Positions 26,991-39,169 of a stretch of DNA of 64,000 nt are shown here, one piece after another. The number at the start of each line of letters is the position of its first letter. Position 1 is the stretch's first letter. Both the position numbers and the translations under genes were made by a program. This DNA is from Octopus sinensis (Eukaryota). Where the stretch lies: positions 87,730,001-87,794,000 of the forward strand of contig NC_043005.1 in the NCBI RefSeq assembly GCF_006345805.1, read 5' to 3'. The notes beneath the pieces are model-generated. The model made no database searches, was not told where the DNA came from, and worked only from the letters and a program-made list of their open reading frames with translations.

Positions 26991-27348
26991 GTTTGTTTGT
27001 TTGTTGAGCGAAGCGGAAGAAGTCCCGAAACGTGGTCCTTTGTTATTCGTAAGACCCGCAGAAGAAAAAGCAGGTCAACCCCCGACACCGAGAGCATCGA
27101 CGGATGGATGGATGCGCATCCAGGCTCAGTGGTTGCGTAGGAAGTCGGGGACAAGAAACAGGAAGAAAGAGTGAGAGAAAGTTGGGTCGAATGAGTACAA
27201 CAGGGGTCGCCATCACCCTCTGTCGGAGCCTCGGGGAGCTTTAGATGTTTTCGCTCAATAAACACACACAACGCCCGGTCTGGGAATCGAAACCGCGATC
27301 ATCTGACTGCGAGTCCGCTGCCCTAACGACTGGGCCATTGCGCCTCCA
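26991..27348 (-). mobile_element. SINE family C with tail type 3 ending in (AAAC)n
   Basis: Reverse complement ggaggcgcaatggcccagtcgttagggcagcggactcgc...; tail ends cttcgctcaacaaacaaacaaac. Confidence 0.85.
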
Positions 27349-28259
27349 CTGTTGTTGCTGCTGTTGGTTTTATTGATTAGCCTTAGGTCAGTACGGACTA
27401 AACCTATATATTCCATCTACGATTGCTTGTCCTCGTTTTCTAAACGGAACCCTTCCAAAATCACGTTATCCAGTTTGACGCCTTTTTAGGGTGGCATGGC
27501 CTGTTTTGCGGCTAATTTAGCTCGTATTTCCAGCAGACAAAATACTCCTCCATGCAGCTTTTTCCATTACCTCATGTCACTTTGTTGCTAATGGGAGCCG
27601 TTATATTTTTGCTATTGCTGTTCTTGTCGTTGCTAACGCCACCTCCTTCATCTTCATCGTCGTCGTTGCTAACTCCATCTCCTTCATCTTCGTCGTCGTC
27701 GTCACCCTGGTCGTTGTTGATTAATAGTGTTGTGAGAAAACAAATAGTTTTTCATTCGGATTTGTTTTGTTTTTTTTTTACTTCGTAGGAGATATATCGG
27801 AATTCAGTTGTCTTCCTGAATTCTATTTAATGTAGATTAATTACTCACTCCCCCCTCTAGCCATTCACCTGCAGATAATACTGCAGGCTAATGTTATTTA
27901 AGCTACCTCAATCTAGCATTATACATATACAACGAAAACACTGGAATATCTACTTGAACTGATTCCATAACCAAAAGCATAGCTTTCTTCTACAACTCGA
28001 AACAGTTAGGTTTGGATATATTTAGGTGCAGGCATGGCTGTGTGGCTTAGTATCTAGGTTTACAACCAAATCGTTTCGGGTTCAGTCCTACAGTGCCTCA
28101 GATTGGGCAAGTGTCTTCTACTGTAGCAACAGGCAGGCGAATGAATTCGAAACTGTGTGAAGCGTGTCCTATATATATGTGATTGTATATGTGTATGTAT
28201 ATATATATGTGTGGTGTATATGTGTTTATGTATATACATACATATATATATATGAAAAC

Positions 28260-28450
28260 AGCAATAGCAAAAGTTAATCCAAACATGAAAACACAAAGAG
28301 AAAGCACAACAAATATAGTATTATTGGACGCTCAGGAAAGAAGGGAAGAAGGAGGGTTTAACGTTTCAACCAGAGCTCTTCGTCAGAAACATAGGAAAAG
28401 GAAAGATCCAGTGAAGGGAAGACGGAGGAAAAAAAATCGCCAACACACGC
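28260..28450 (-). mobile_element. Penelope-type pLTR module, copy 3
   Basis: Reverse complement aligns with the 26.0 kb copy over ~190 bp. Confidence 0.75.
28355..28391 (-). ncRNA. Minimal type-I hammerhead ribozyme motif (core intact, helix II weak)
   Basis: Minus strand reads tgttt-CTGACGA-a-gagctctggtt-GAAA-cg-TT-aaacc; helix I gttt/aaac; palindromic ACGT in place of helix III. Confidence 0.55.
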
Positions 28451-28600
28451 GGTTCACATATACATATATATATACACATACAAAGGTATACATATACATA
28501 TATACATACTTTACTGCGTCCAAAGTTATTAATGTTTATACTGACCCGTAATCATGTGTGTTCCTGCCATTAATATCCGCTGTCTAATTTCTTCGCTTTT

Positions 28601-28660
28601 ATGACCGTAACTACATTTGTATGACCGTAACTACATTTGTATGAGGTAACTACATTTGTA
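28601..28660. repeat. 20-bp tandem repeat, three copies
   Basis: atgaccgtaactacatttgt twice, then atgaggtaactacatttgt. Confidence 0.9.
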
Positions 28661-29462
28661 TGTTCTAGAAACAACGTGGAGGCTCGTTACTAGATGCCAT
28701 ATTGATTAAATATATCGTTAAGGAAAGCTATTCAAGTATAAACCATCGTCTTTTGTTTGTTTATATGTGGCCGCAGAGGGTAATAATTCCTATTTTGTTT
28801 ATCATTTTCGGGTGTGATTTGAACGCTTTTAGCTGCTATTTCTAGCACGTTGTGTGATGGGTTTACGCTCTATAATTAGTTCCTATTATTATTGGTGTTG
28901 CTGTTGTAATTGTTACTGTGTGATTTTTGTACTGATGACGTTTCTGCCTCTGATGTTGCTGTTGATTTTGTTATTGCTGCTGTTTATGTCGTTGTTGTTA
29001 TTGTCACAAACGCTGCTGTTGCTGTTGCTGTTGCAGATATCGCTGCTGTTGTCCTGTTATTGCCGCTGCACTTGCCAACGTTACAGTCAATGCAATAACT
29101 AGCAGCGCTTTCATCTTTTATTGTTGCAGATGATGGTATTCATGTTGTTATTGTCACTGCTGTTGCTAGAATAAGACCCCTTTGAAAAATCCCCCACACC
29201 ATCTCGTCCTACCCCAATTGCCAAACATTAATAATGAGAAGCTAAGCTTCATATATGTCGGTGCTGCCATCTGGAACAAGTTTATCATGGTGTGTCGTCT
29301 CCCTTGGCTCTCTATATGATCAACTGAAATTTTAAAATGGAGATCAAACGACGTTACACATCTCTCTATTTCGCTTTACATCACTCTAGCACTTTCGCTT
29401 CTGTTATATGTCTATCCAGTTAAGTAGTATGCTCATGTATATATATATATATATATATATAG

Positions 29463-29494
<32 letters not shown>

Positions 29495-29623
29495 TCGTGT
29501 TTGTAGATAGATAGATAGAGATACATACATACATATATACATACGTACATATAAACCTATATATATTTATATATACATATATTGATATGTATATATACAT
29601 ACACACACAGACACACACATAGC

Positions 29624-29664
<41 letters not shown>

Positions 29665-30040
29665 TGCATAAATACATATATGTACATACATATGTATGTA
29701 TATACACACGCATATATGGGCACAGGACACCACAGAACGTAAACAACATGAATTACGAAAGCAACATGAAATACGACAACATGGAATACGAGCTATTTTT
29801 CGGGAACAACGAAAGAAACAAGTGGAAAACAAGACGAGCAGCACAAAAAACGACCCTTCATCAGGTGTTGGGTGTTTTTACTTCGTATTTCGAGCAATTC
29901 ACGGCAAGATACGTTTTCGACAAAACAGTTGCTCCCGGAAACCAAATTTAATAAAATTAGGGATTTTGAAAAGGGTCATACACACACACATAAAATTTTG
30001 AATACACATACAGACACATACACACACACACACGCACGCG

Positions 30041-30075
<35 letters not shown>

Positions 30076-31094
30076 GTATGTATGATTATATACACATAGA
30101 TAATAATAAAGATCTACATACATATATACGTACGTACATACATACATACATGCATACATACATACATACATACATACATACATACATACATACATACATA
30201 CATACATACATACATACATACATACAAGTTGCTAAGACCTGCTTCTCCAAACCAGATTTGACAAAATTTCTGAGAAAAAACAGTAGCTATTTATATCAAA
30301 TAGTATTTGAAATCTAGGAAGATTGCGTTAGCATTATCATCTAACAAACCTATTAGATAGCAATTGCAAGACAAATACAAGCCACATACGTAATACAGTA
30401 GAAGAGCGTCCTCAATAACCACGGCTTTCCAAACCAAGACGTAAATAGTAGCGTTCATTTAATCGGCCTGAAACCACAAGGAAATTACCAAAATACTCAT
30501 TCCAGTAATAGAAATTATAGCAAAAAGTATTAGACTATTGCTTGATAAACATAATTGAATTCAAAGAATAAACTTTTGTTGACAATATTTATGTATTAGT
30601 GGCTACAAAGACGGAATAGGTAAAACAGAAAACGCAGAAACCAACTAAATTACAATAAACGTTAACGAAAATTGCGATCTATAATTACTCTACCTTGTGA
30701 CACACGAATTGCATTAAAAAACGTAACTAGCGTAGTGATTGGGTTAAATTTATGTGGGAGAAAAAAGTTTGGGAAATTACTACGAGAAAAGAATTTATAA
30801 ACAGAAACATTTCAAAATGTGTTTAGTACACGATACTAAATAACAGGAATAAACACAAATAGACTATTATACAGCAAAATTATATCGAAACGATTTCTAC
30901 AGCAGAATTAAATAAAACAATGAAGACCCTAATTTAGAACTAATTAAACAATAAACCAAATAATATTGCAAAGAACGTAAAGGAAAATCACGCACCTCCG
31001 ATACGTGTATACATACATACATACATACATAAATGCATACATACATACATATATACATACATACGCTTCCAGCGCACACCACACACAACACGTT

Positions 31095-31128
<34 letters not shown>

Positions 31129-31357
31129 ATATATATATAGATACATATATATATATATAATATAATATATATACATATATATTATATTATATATTATATA
31201 ATTATATATATATATTATATATATATAATATATATTATATATATACATATACATATATATATACTATATTATATATATATAATATCATATATATAATATA
31301 TATATATATATAATATATATCATATATATATATTATATATTATAATATATAATATAT

Positions 31358-31421
<64 letters not shown>

Positions 31422-31829
31422 ATATATATATATATGGCTTTTTTTTTATTGAAACACAGAGTCACGAAACAAAATTTCGGTTTCAGTTGCAAAGGAAAAA
31501 AATCTTCGCTATGCAACATGCATTGAGCAGTCTTCTCTCTGACATAAAACAACACACACATACAAAAACACATATATACACATGAACACACACACGTACA
31601 AACACACATATATACGGAGCGTGAGACAGATAGACAGACAGACAGGCAGACAGAGAAGGAGAGATAGAGAATACAGGTGTATCAAATAACATACAACATG
31701 AATTCTTGGTTTATGAAAATTACCTCCTCTACTAAGGAATGTGTCATGTTTACCAAATGCCAACAAAAACCAGCTCCACTTGAGAAAGGGAGACAATCTC
31801 ATGTGTCAAGTATTCTTATTTCTTTACTC

Positions 31830-32405
31830 CCCTCAAGGGGCTACACACAGAGGGGACAAACAGGGACAGACAAACGGATTAAGTCGATTATATCGATCCA
31901 AGTGTTTAAATAGTACTAATTTAATCGATCCAGAAAGGATGAAAGGCAAAGTCGACCTCGGTGGAATTTGAACTCAGAACGTAGCGGCAGACGAAATATC
32001 TATTTCTTTACTACCGACAGGGGGATAAACACAGACAGGACAAACAAGGACACCAAACGGATTAAGTCTATTATATCGACCCCAGTGCGTAACTGGTACT
32101 TAATTTATCGACCCGAAAAGAATGAAAGTCAAAGTCGACCTCGGCGGAATTTGAACTCAGAACGTAACGGCAGACGAAATATCTATTTCTTTACTACCCA
32201 CAAGGGGCTAAACACAGACGGGACAAACAAGGACAGACAAACGGATTAAGTCGATTACATCGACCCCAGTGCGTAACTAGTACTTAATTTATCGACCCCG
32301 AAAGGATGAAAGGGAAAGTCGACCTCGGCGGAATTTGAACTCAGAACATAGCGGCATACGAAATACCGCTAAACATTTCGCCCGGTGTGCTAACGTTTCT
32401 GCCTA
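31830..32405 (-). mobile_element. SINE family A trimer
   Basis: gaatttgaactcagaac occurs three times about 184 bp apart; a single head (catttcgcccggtgtgctaacg) at the right end. Confidence 0.9.
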
Positions 32406-32936
32406 GAGTAGAAAAGAATCGTTTAATTCGCAAGCATAAACTATTTTTAAGTCCATATTACAATATGACAATACAGTATGGAATTTAATAAACCACTTGC
32501 TTTCTATATAGTATTGGTTTCAAATGTTGGATGACGGCCAGCAGTTTCGGGGAGCGGGGTGTGAGTTGACCCCAGTGCTCAAATGGTACTTATTTAATCG
32601 AACCCGAGAAGATGAAAGGCAAAGTCGAGCGGGGCGAATTTTGAACTCATGTCGATTATACAATATTACTGAACAAGAGGGTTATCCGTCATATGACACG
32701 TAACTCTGAAGGTTTAGTTTTACCAGCATGGGGTAACATCAGGAAATCTGGAACCAATCGACTGCAGTGATTCTGCTCTAAGCCAGGTACTTATTTTATC
32801 GGTCTGTTTTACCGAACCACTAAGTTATGGAAACGTAACACACCAACAACCGTTGTTGAGTTGTGGTCGGGGACAAAAACATACATAAAGTGACCTACAT
32901 TCAAACACACACACACACACACGAGGATATATATAC

Positions 32937-32969
<33 letters not shown>

Positions 32970-33034
32970 CACGTATGTATATATATACATATATATGTAT
33001 ATGTATGTATATATATATATATATGTATGTAGTA

Positions 33035-33068
<34 letters not shown>

Positions 33069-33155
33069 GTATGTATGTATGTATGTATATATGTGTTGTG
33101 TGTATGTATATATATATGGCCGACTACCTAGCAGTGTGGCCTGCCAATATACATA

Positions 33156-33196
<41 letters not shown>

Positions 33197-33269
33197 TATA
33201 TATATATCTATATTATATATATACAAATATATATACATATATATATATATATATAAAGGGTAAAGATTC

Positions 33270-33540
33270 CTTTGGTCATGAATGGTCATAGTATTGCACG
33301 TAGAAGATTCCCCTCCCAGGCACAAATCCAGGAAAGTTTGCTTATGGAACACCAGCAGCCGCCTATGTATAACTGCCCCGCCTCTGAACGTCACCAATGT
33401 TATCTGAGGGGAAGGCAAAGGGACCGATACAGCTTGGCACTAGTGACGTCGCAACTCATTTGTACAGCTGAGTGAACTTGAGCAACGTAGAATATAGACA
33501 TAAAGTGTCTTGCTCAAGAACACAGCACAACAGAGCGGGC
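33270..33540 (-). mobile_element. SINE family D, head-less copy
   Basis: gatacagcttggcactagtgacgtcgcaactcattt...cagctgagtgaac...aaagtgtcttgctcaagaacac. Confidence 0.8.
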
Positions 33541-33751
33541 CGGAAATCGTGTGTGGTCATTTTTATAACCCCCATAATTTATAACTATCATTTACTATCT
33601 CTCTTTTTCCTCCTCTCTCTACACGAGGCTTTCTCTCACATTGTGTATAGCGTTCCTTTACTCATTGCTTGCCACCAAGCCTATTATGTACACACATCCT
33701 GCACCTCTCAGGTTAATTACTATCTGTATTTCACTCTCCATCACTCTCCCC

Positions 33752-33806
<55 letters not shown>

Positions 33807-33890
33807 CCCTAAAGCCACATTAAATGTTCATATAGCACTAGGAGAGTAGACAGAGAGATAAAATATACTAGGAAAAAAAATTACTGATAC

Positions 33891-33922
<32 letters not shown>

Positions 33923-33942
33923 TTGTGTATGTATGTATTTAT

Positions 33943-34152
33943 ATGTTTGTGCGTTTGTGTTTGGCCCCCGCCATCGCTTGACAACCGACATTGGTGTGTT
34001 TACGTTCCGCGTAACTTAGTGTTTCGGCAGAAAAAACCGATAGAATAAGTACTGGGCTTACAAAGAATATGCCCTGGGGAGGATTTGTTCCACTAAAGGC
34101 AGTGCTCCAGCACGGCCGCACTCAATTGACTGAAACCAATAAATTAATAAAA

Positions 34153-34154
<2 letters not shown>
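33943..34154 (+). mobile_element. SINE family B, 3' half
   Basis: atcgcttgacaaccgac...ggcagtgctccagcacggccgcactcaattgactgaaac. Confidence 0.85.
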
Positions 34155-34190
<36 letters not shown>

Positions 34191-34193
34191 CAA

Positions 34194-34593
34194 CTAGCAG
34201 TATCGCCCGGCGTTGCTCGGATTTGTAAGGGAAATAACTATATAAGCATTTTTAGAGATGTAAAGTATAATAGCCATCTTAATATGGCTAACCACAAAGG
34301 GGGGGGGGTGTTACTGTAGCTTTTTACGTTCAGAGATTTAATAATAATTTTTTAGAGAGTTACTTCCCTTATATATGCCAAAAATGTATTAAAAATGGGA
34401 AAAATATGATGGTAATTTTTTTTTTAATTCGTAGACTCATCGTAGACGCGCGCTAATCACCAGAAGGGCTCGATATGAATCACGACTATAAGATACCCGG
34501 TTTTGGTTAAACTGCACCGCAAAATGTGGGAGTAGTTAGGAATCTAAATCGTAGGAGACAGACAGCACACAACCTCTCTTTTATATATAAAGA
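34194..34593 (-). mobile_element. Non-autonomous Helitron, 400 bp
   Basis: Minus strand A|TCtttatatataaaag...tccgagcaacgccgggcgatactgCTAG|T. Confidence 0.85.
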
Positions 34594-35104
34594 TATGTAA
34601 AATGTGACAGGAGACATCTGGCAACCAACTGAAATTTATGTCGGTTATTATTATATGGAATTTATAATCAAGTGAACTACGAGTAGCACATTTAAGTGGT
34701 TCTTTCGAAGAAGGTGGAAAAGAGCACTTCGGAGTGAAAATATATTGGCTACGGATGCAACAAAGACACAGTAATGACATTTAAGACGTTGAACATTTGT
34801 CTTGTTTGTTTAAACCTTAATTACGTTACAAGATTTCGCTTTAAAATATTAAAGAGATAATGTTGAGACATTAGTTACTGAAAATGCGACGAGAGAGTTA
34901 ATAATTTATTCCTTGTATGTTTCAGATGTACAACCTGCCTACACAAGAACGAATTATTAGAAATTGTTTTACTTCACTTGAAAATATAATGGTTTAGTAA
35001 AATATTGGCTTCAAATTTTGGTAGAAGGCCAGGGATTTTCGAATAGGGTGTAAGTCGATTAGGGCTCAACTGGTACTTATTTTTCCAATACAAAGTAAGG
35101 GCAG

Positions 35105-35620
35105 GGGAAAATCGTAAAGCTGTGACACGAGGGGATGTTGAAAAATCGGATTTAGCCGATCCTGTATGGAAAAACAGAGACCACCTCCGGTTGTGGGATG
35201 AGATTGAAATAATAGACAGAGAACACCACTGGAAAATACGAAAATTAAAAGAGGCTGCATATAAGCTAAGACACAATAACCTCCTTAGCAGATCGAGTGC
35301 AGATATGAATAGAATATGGGAACTAGTATTAAAAAAAAGATAAAATACTAGGTTTATAAGCCCTAAAATTCACTCTATTATTGGTTGATAAGAGATCGGG
35401 CTACTAACCCTCGGATTCTAAGTTCAATACCAGGCAGAGACTGGATAAAGAATATGAACAGAAAAATAACATACTCTTCAAAGGAGAACAGTTTACGCCA
35501 TTAGTCAAATAAAGGGTTGGTTTCAAAATTCCACCAGAAAACCCGGCTGGAGAGTACATCAGCTGAAACGTTGTGATAACAACAAACCAAAGGAGGAAAT
35601 CTATCCGTCCCTTGTACATA
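35105..35620 (+). mobile_element. Penelope-like element 3' fragment: C-terminal half of the GIY-YIG endonuclease plus pLTR with degenerate hammerhead
   Basis: KSDLADPVWKNRDHLRLWDEIEIIDREHHWKIRKLKEAAY fits the PLE pattern S.LA.H...H...W....I.D.E......RK.KEA; cac-cagaaaa-..ggctg-loop-cagct-gaaa-cg-tt-gtg at 35532-35575. Confidence 0.85.
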
Positions 35621-36301
35621 ATGCAATGCTTACCTTAGTGAAATTTGGATTCAGAACGATTCTGACAAATCACCGCCCTAAATATCATCCTAAAATATTC
35701 CTTTCTACTTTAGGCACACAGCCCAAGAACTTTTGGAGAAGGGGCCAGTCAATTAGCTTGACCTCAGGATGCAACTGCCCTTGTTTGTCCATTCTATGTT
35801 TAGCCCCTTGTGGGTAGTAAAGAAATAAATATTTCTTACGACGTTCGAAGTTTAAATTCTATCGAGACCATCTTTGCCTTTCAACCTTTCAGGGTTGATA
35901 GAACAATTACCATTTGAAAACTGGGGACGGTATAAACGACAGAGTCTTCTAAAAATGAGAAGAAAGAATTAATAATTTATTCCTTATATATTTAAGTGAA
36001 CTATCTACCTGCCTATTCAGGAACGAATTATTAGAAGTTGAATTACCTTGTTGGGGCGGTGGCAATTCACGCGAAATATATATAATAATTTAATCTTTGT
36101 ATTGTAATTAGCTCTCTAATTTATTTCTTTATCATTTTCGTCGGCCAAAATCTTTCAAACAAACGAGCACGCTTCTCTACACCTTTCTTTAAAATATGCC
36201 AGAGCGATGCCACCACACCATCGAGTAATCTGCCACAATTGTTAAACAAATTGTTAAACAAAAATGTGATGTGACATGTATTTGAATAACATTGACAAAT
36301 A

Positions 36302-36509
36302 CGGTAATCACATGACTATCATGAGTGTTACGTTCCAAAATTTCCCACAGAAATAATTAAAATCTATATAGAGAAATATAAATACGTATCGGCCGCAGAA
36401 ACCCGCGATACACTGAGAAGTCTGCGATATAAATTTACATGTACATTAGCCAATTTCGCGATATACTAAAAGCGCTATAAGTGAATCGCGATATGGCGAG
36501 GGATTATTG
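36302..36509. mobile_element. Tc1/mariner-pogo-like MITE with TA at both ends
   Basis: ta|cggtaatcacatgactatc and gatatggcgagggattattg|ta are degenerate inverted termini. Confidence 0.45.
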
Positions 36510-36807
36510 TACAAGGATATGAAATGCCATTTCACTACAGCCATGCTGGAGCACCGCCATTGAACTATCTGGTCCCAAAAAACGAGCTCAGTAATTATTC
36601 TATTCTTTTAAAGTTTGATACTTCTTCTATCGACCGCCTCTTCGAAATCACTTGGTGAAGAGGACGTAAACAAAACAACACCGGTCGTCAAACGGTAGGG
36701 GAGAAAATCCAAATGCATACACACACGCACGCCCATACACACAAACATATACACACACACTCACAAACACACACACCCATTCACCCAACCACACACTCAC
36801 ACATATA

Positions 36808-37270
36808 TTACTTTACTTGTTTCAGTCATTTGACTGCGCCCCCTCGAATGATTCTTTGTAAACCTCGTACTTATTCTATCGGTATATTTTGCTGAACCGC
36901 TAGGTTACGGGGGCGTAAACACAACAACGGCTGTTGTCAAGCGACGGTGGGGAGACAAACACAGAGACACAAACTCACACACATGCGCACACACATTCAC
37001 ACACATATATATGTATATATACTACGGGCTTCTTTCAGTTTCCGGAACCATGTGGTTGGGAAGCAAACTTCTAACCTCAGCCATTTATGGATACATACAC
37101 GTATACATACATACACACATACATACATATTTATATATATATATATATATGTATATATTATTCTTTTTCTTTTATTTGTTTCGGTCGTTTGACTGTGGCC
37201 AAGCTGGTGCACCGACTTTAGTCGAACAAGTCGACCCCAGGACTTATTCTTCCCACACAGCCACTTCTGA
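36808..37270 (-). mobile_element. Two adjacent internally deleted SINE family B copies
   Basis: Tail tttcagtcatttgactg at 36820 and a second at ~37180; head segments at 37040-37085 and ~37250-37270. Confidence 0.7.
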
Positions 37271-37271
37271 G

Positions 37272-37295
37272 CCTATATACATATATATGTATATA

Positions 37296-37336
<41 letters not shown>

Positions 37337-37381
37337 ATATGTATGTGTATATATATATTATATATATATATGTTATATTGA

Positions 37382-37427
<46 letters not shown>

Positions 37428-37730
37428 TATATATGTATATATGTATGTGTGTATATATATATATATGTATATATATATGTGTGTTGTATATATATATATA
37501 TATATATAATATATATATATGTATATATATATATATGTATAATAATATATATAATATATATATATAATATATATATATATATATGTATATATGTATATAT
37601 ATATATATGTATGCATATATATATATGTACATATATATATATAACATATATATATATATATAATATTACATATATATATATTTATATATGTATGTGTATA
37701 TATATATGTATATATGTATGTGTGTGTATA

Positions 37731-37811
<81 letters not shown>

Positions 37812-38031
37812 TATGTATGTATATATATATGTATACATATATATATGTATATATATATATCATATATATTATATACATATATATTATATATATATATATG
37901 TGTGTGTATATATATATATATATGTATATATATTATATGTATGTATATATATATGTATACATATATATATGATATATATATATATACATATATTATATAT
38001 ACATATATATATATAATATATATATGTGTGG

Positions 38032-38062
<31 letters not shown>

Positions 38063-38112
38063 TGTATGTATATATATATATGTATACATATATATATGTA
38101 TATATATATATC

Positions 38113-38150
<38 letters not shown>

Positions 38151-38169
38151 TATACACATATATATATAC

Positions 38170-38200
<31 letters not shown>

Positions 38201-38210
38201 TATATACATA
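37272..38210. repeat. ~940-bp degenerate (TA)n tract with TG/CA variants
   Basis: Direct reading; source of the long IYIY ORFs. Confidence 0.95.
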
Positions 38211-38640
38211 TATGAGCGCTACATCATCTGCATGATGTGGAAAATATTCCATCAGCATTGCCCAAATGATGTTGGCATCACCTTTAAGGTACATCCAAGG
38301 CTTGGGCCCGTGCCATCCGTTCAAAACAAAAATCGCACTCTCATCGCATAACAACAATACGGCACAATTATTTCATCTCAATGGCCCCGCTCTCTTTAAC
38401 ATTACACCAAAACACATAAAACAGAAACTGACCCTATAGGGTTCAAGAAGTCTTTGGACAGATTCCTTCAAGAAATCCCGGATAACCCCCTACACACCCG
38501 GATATGTCTCTGTAAACAATAACCTCTACTTCAGTGGGCCATAGTGCCCAAATTCTGACTTGAAAGACTTCACCAGGTGGTGCTATTAAGTTAGACATGG
38601 CTGGGCCAATATGGCCGAAACCTATCAAAGTATCAAAGTA
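38211..38640 (+). mobile_element. CR1-like LINE 3' fragment (second family) with short tandem-repeat tail
   Basis: [12 protein letters not shown]...[15 protein letters not shown] and, across frameshifts, PALFNITPKHI, FKKSLDRFLQEIPDNP; ends tatcaaagtatcaaagta. Confidence 0.8.
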
Positions 38641-38643
38641 TAC

Positions 38644-38701
<58 letters not shown>

Positions 38702-38704
38702 ATA

Positions 38705-38745
<41 letters not shown>

Positions 38746-38842
38746 TATTTATATATATATATATATATTATTATGATTTTGATTTTGATTTTTCCAGTTT
38801 CAGCTGTGGCTATGCTGGGGCACCGCCATATATATACATACA

Positions 38843-38882
<40 letters not shown>

Positions 38883-38893
38883 CATATATATTT

Positions 38894-38927
<34 letters not shown>

Positions 38928-38970
38928 ATATATAATTATATATACTATATATATATATATATATATATAC

Positions 38971-39026
<56 letters not shown>

Positions 39027-39169
39027 GAAATGAGGTACTCAGAAGATCGGATGGTTTATATTTACAGATATTTATTTATATATTACATTTTTTATATATA
39101 TATCATATCACTTACGTCATTAGCGCTTTCTCCCATTCTAGTGGGGTTTTCATATATATACATATATGT

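Noticed and set aside
34897-36045. ~75-bp direct repeats at 34897-34975 and 35967-36045 as LTRs or a TSD
   Set aside because: Too diverged and too long for a TSD and lacking TG...CA ends; more likely two old fragments of a dispersed repeat.
37273-39024. Long ORFs of 100-300 aa rich in I/Y/C/V/H/T, here and at many other TA/CA tracts
   Set aside because: They are translations of stop-free dinucleotide microsatellites.
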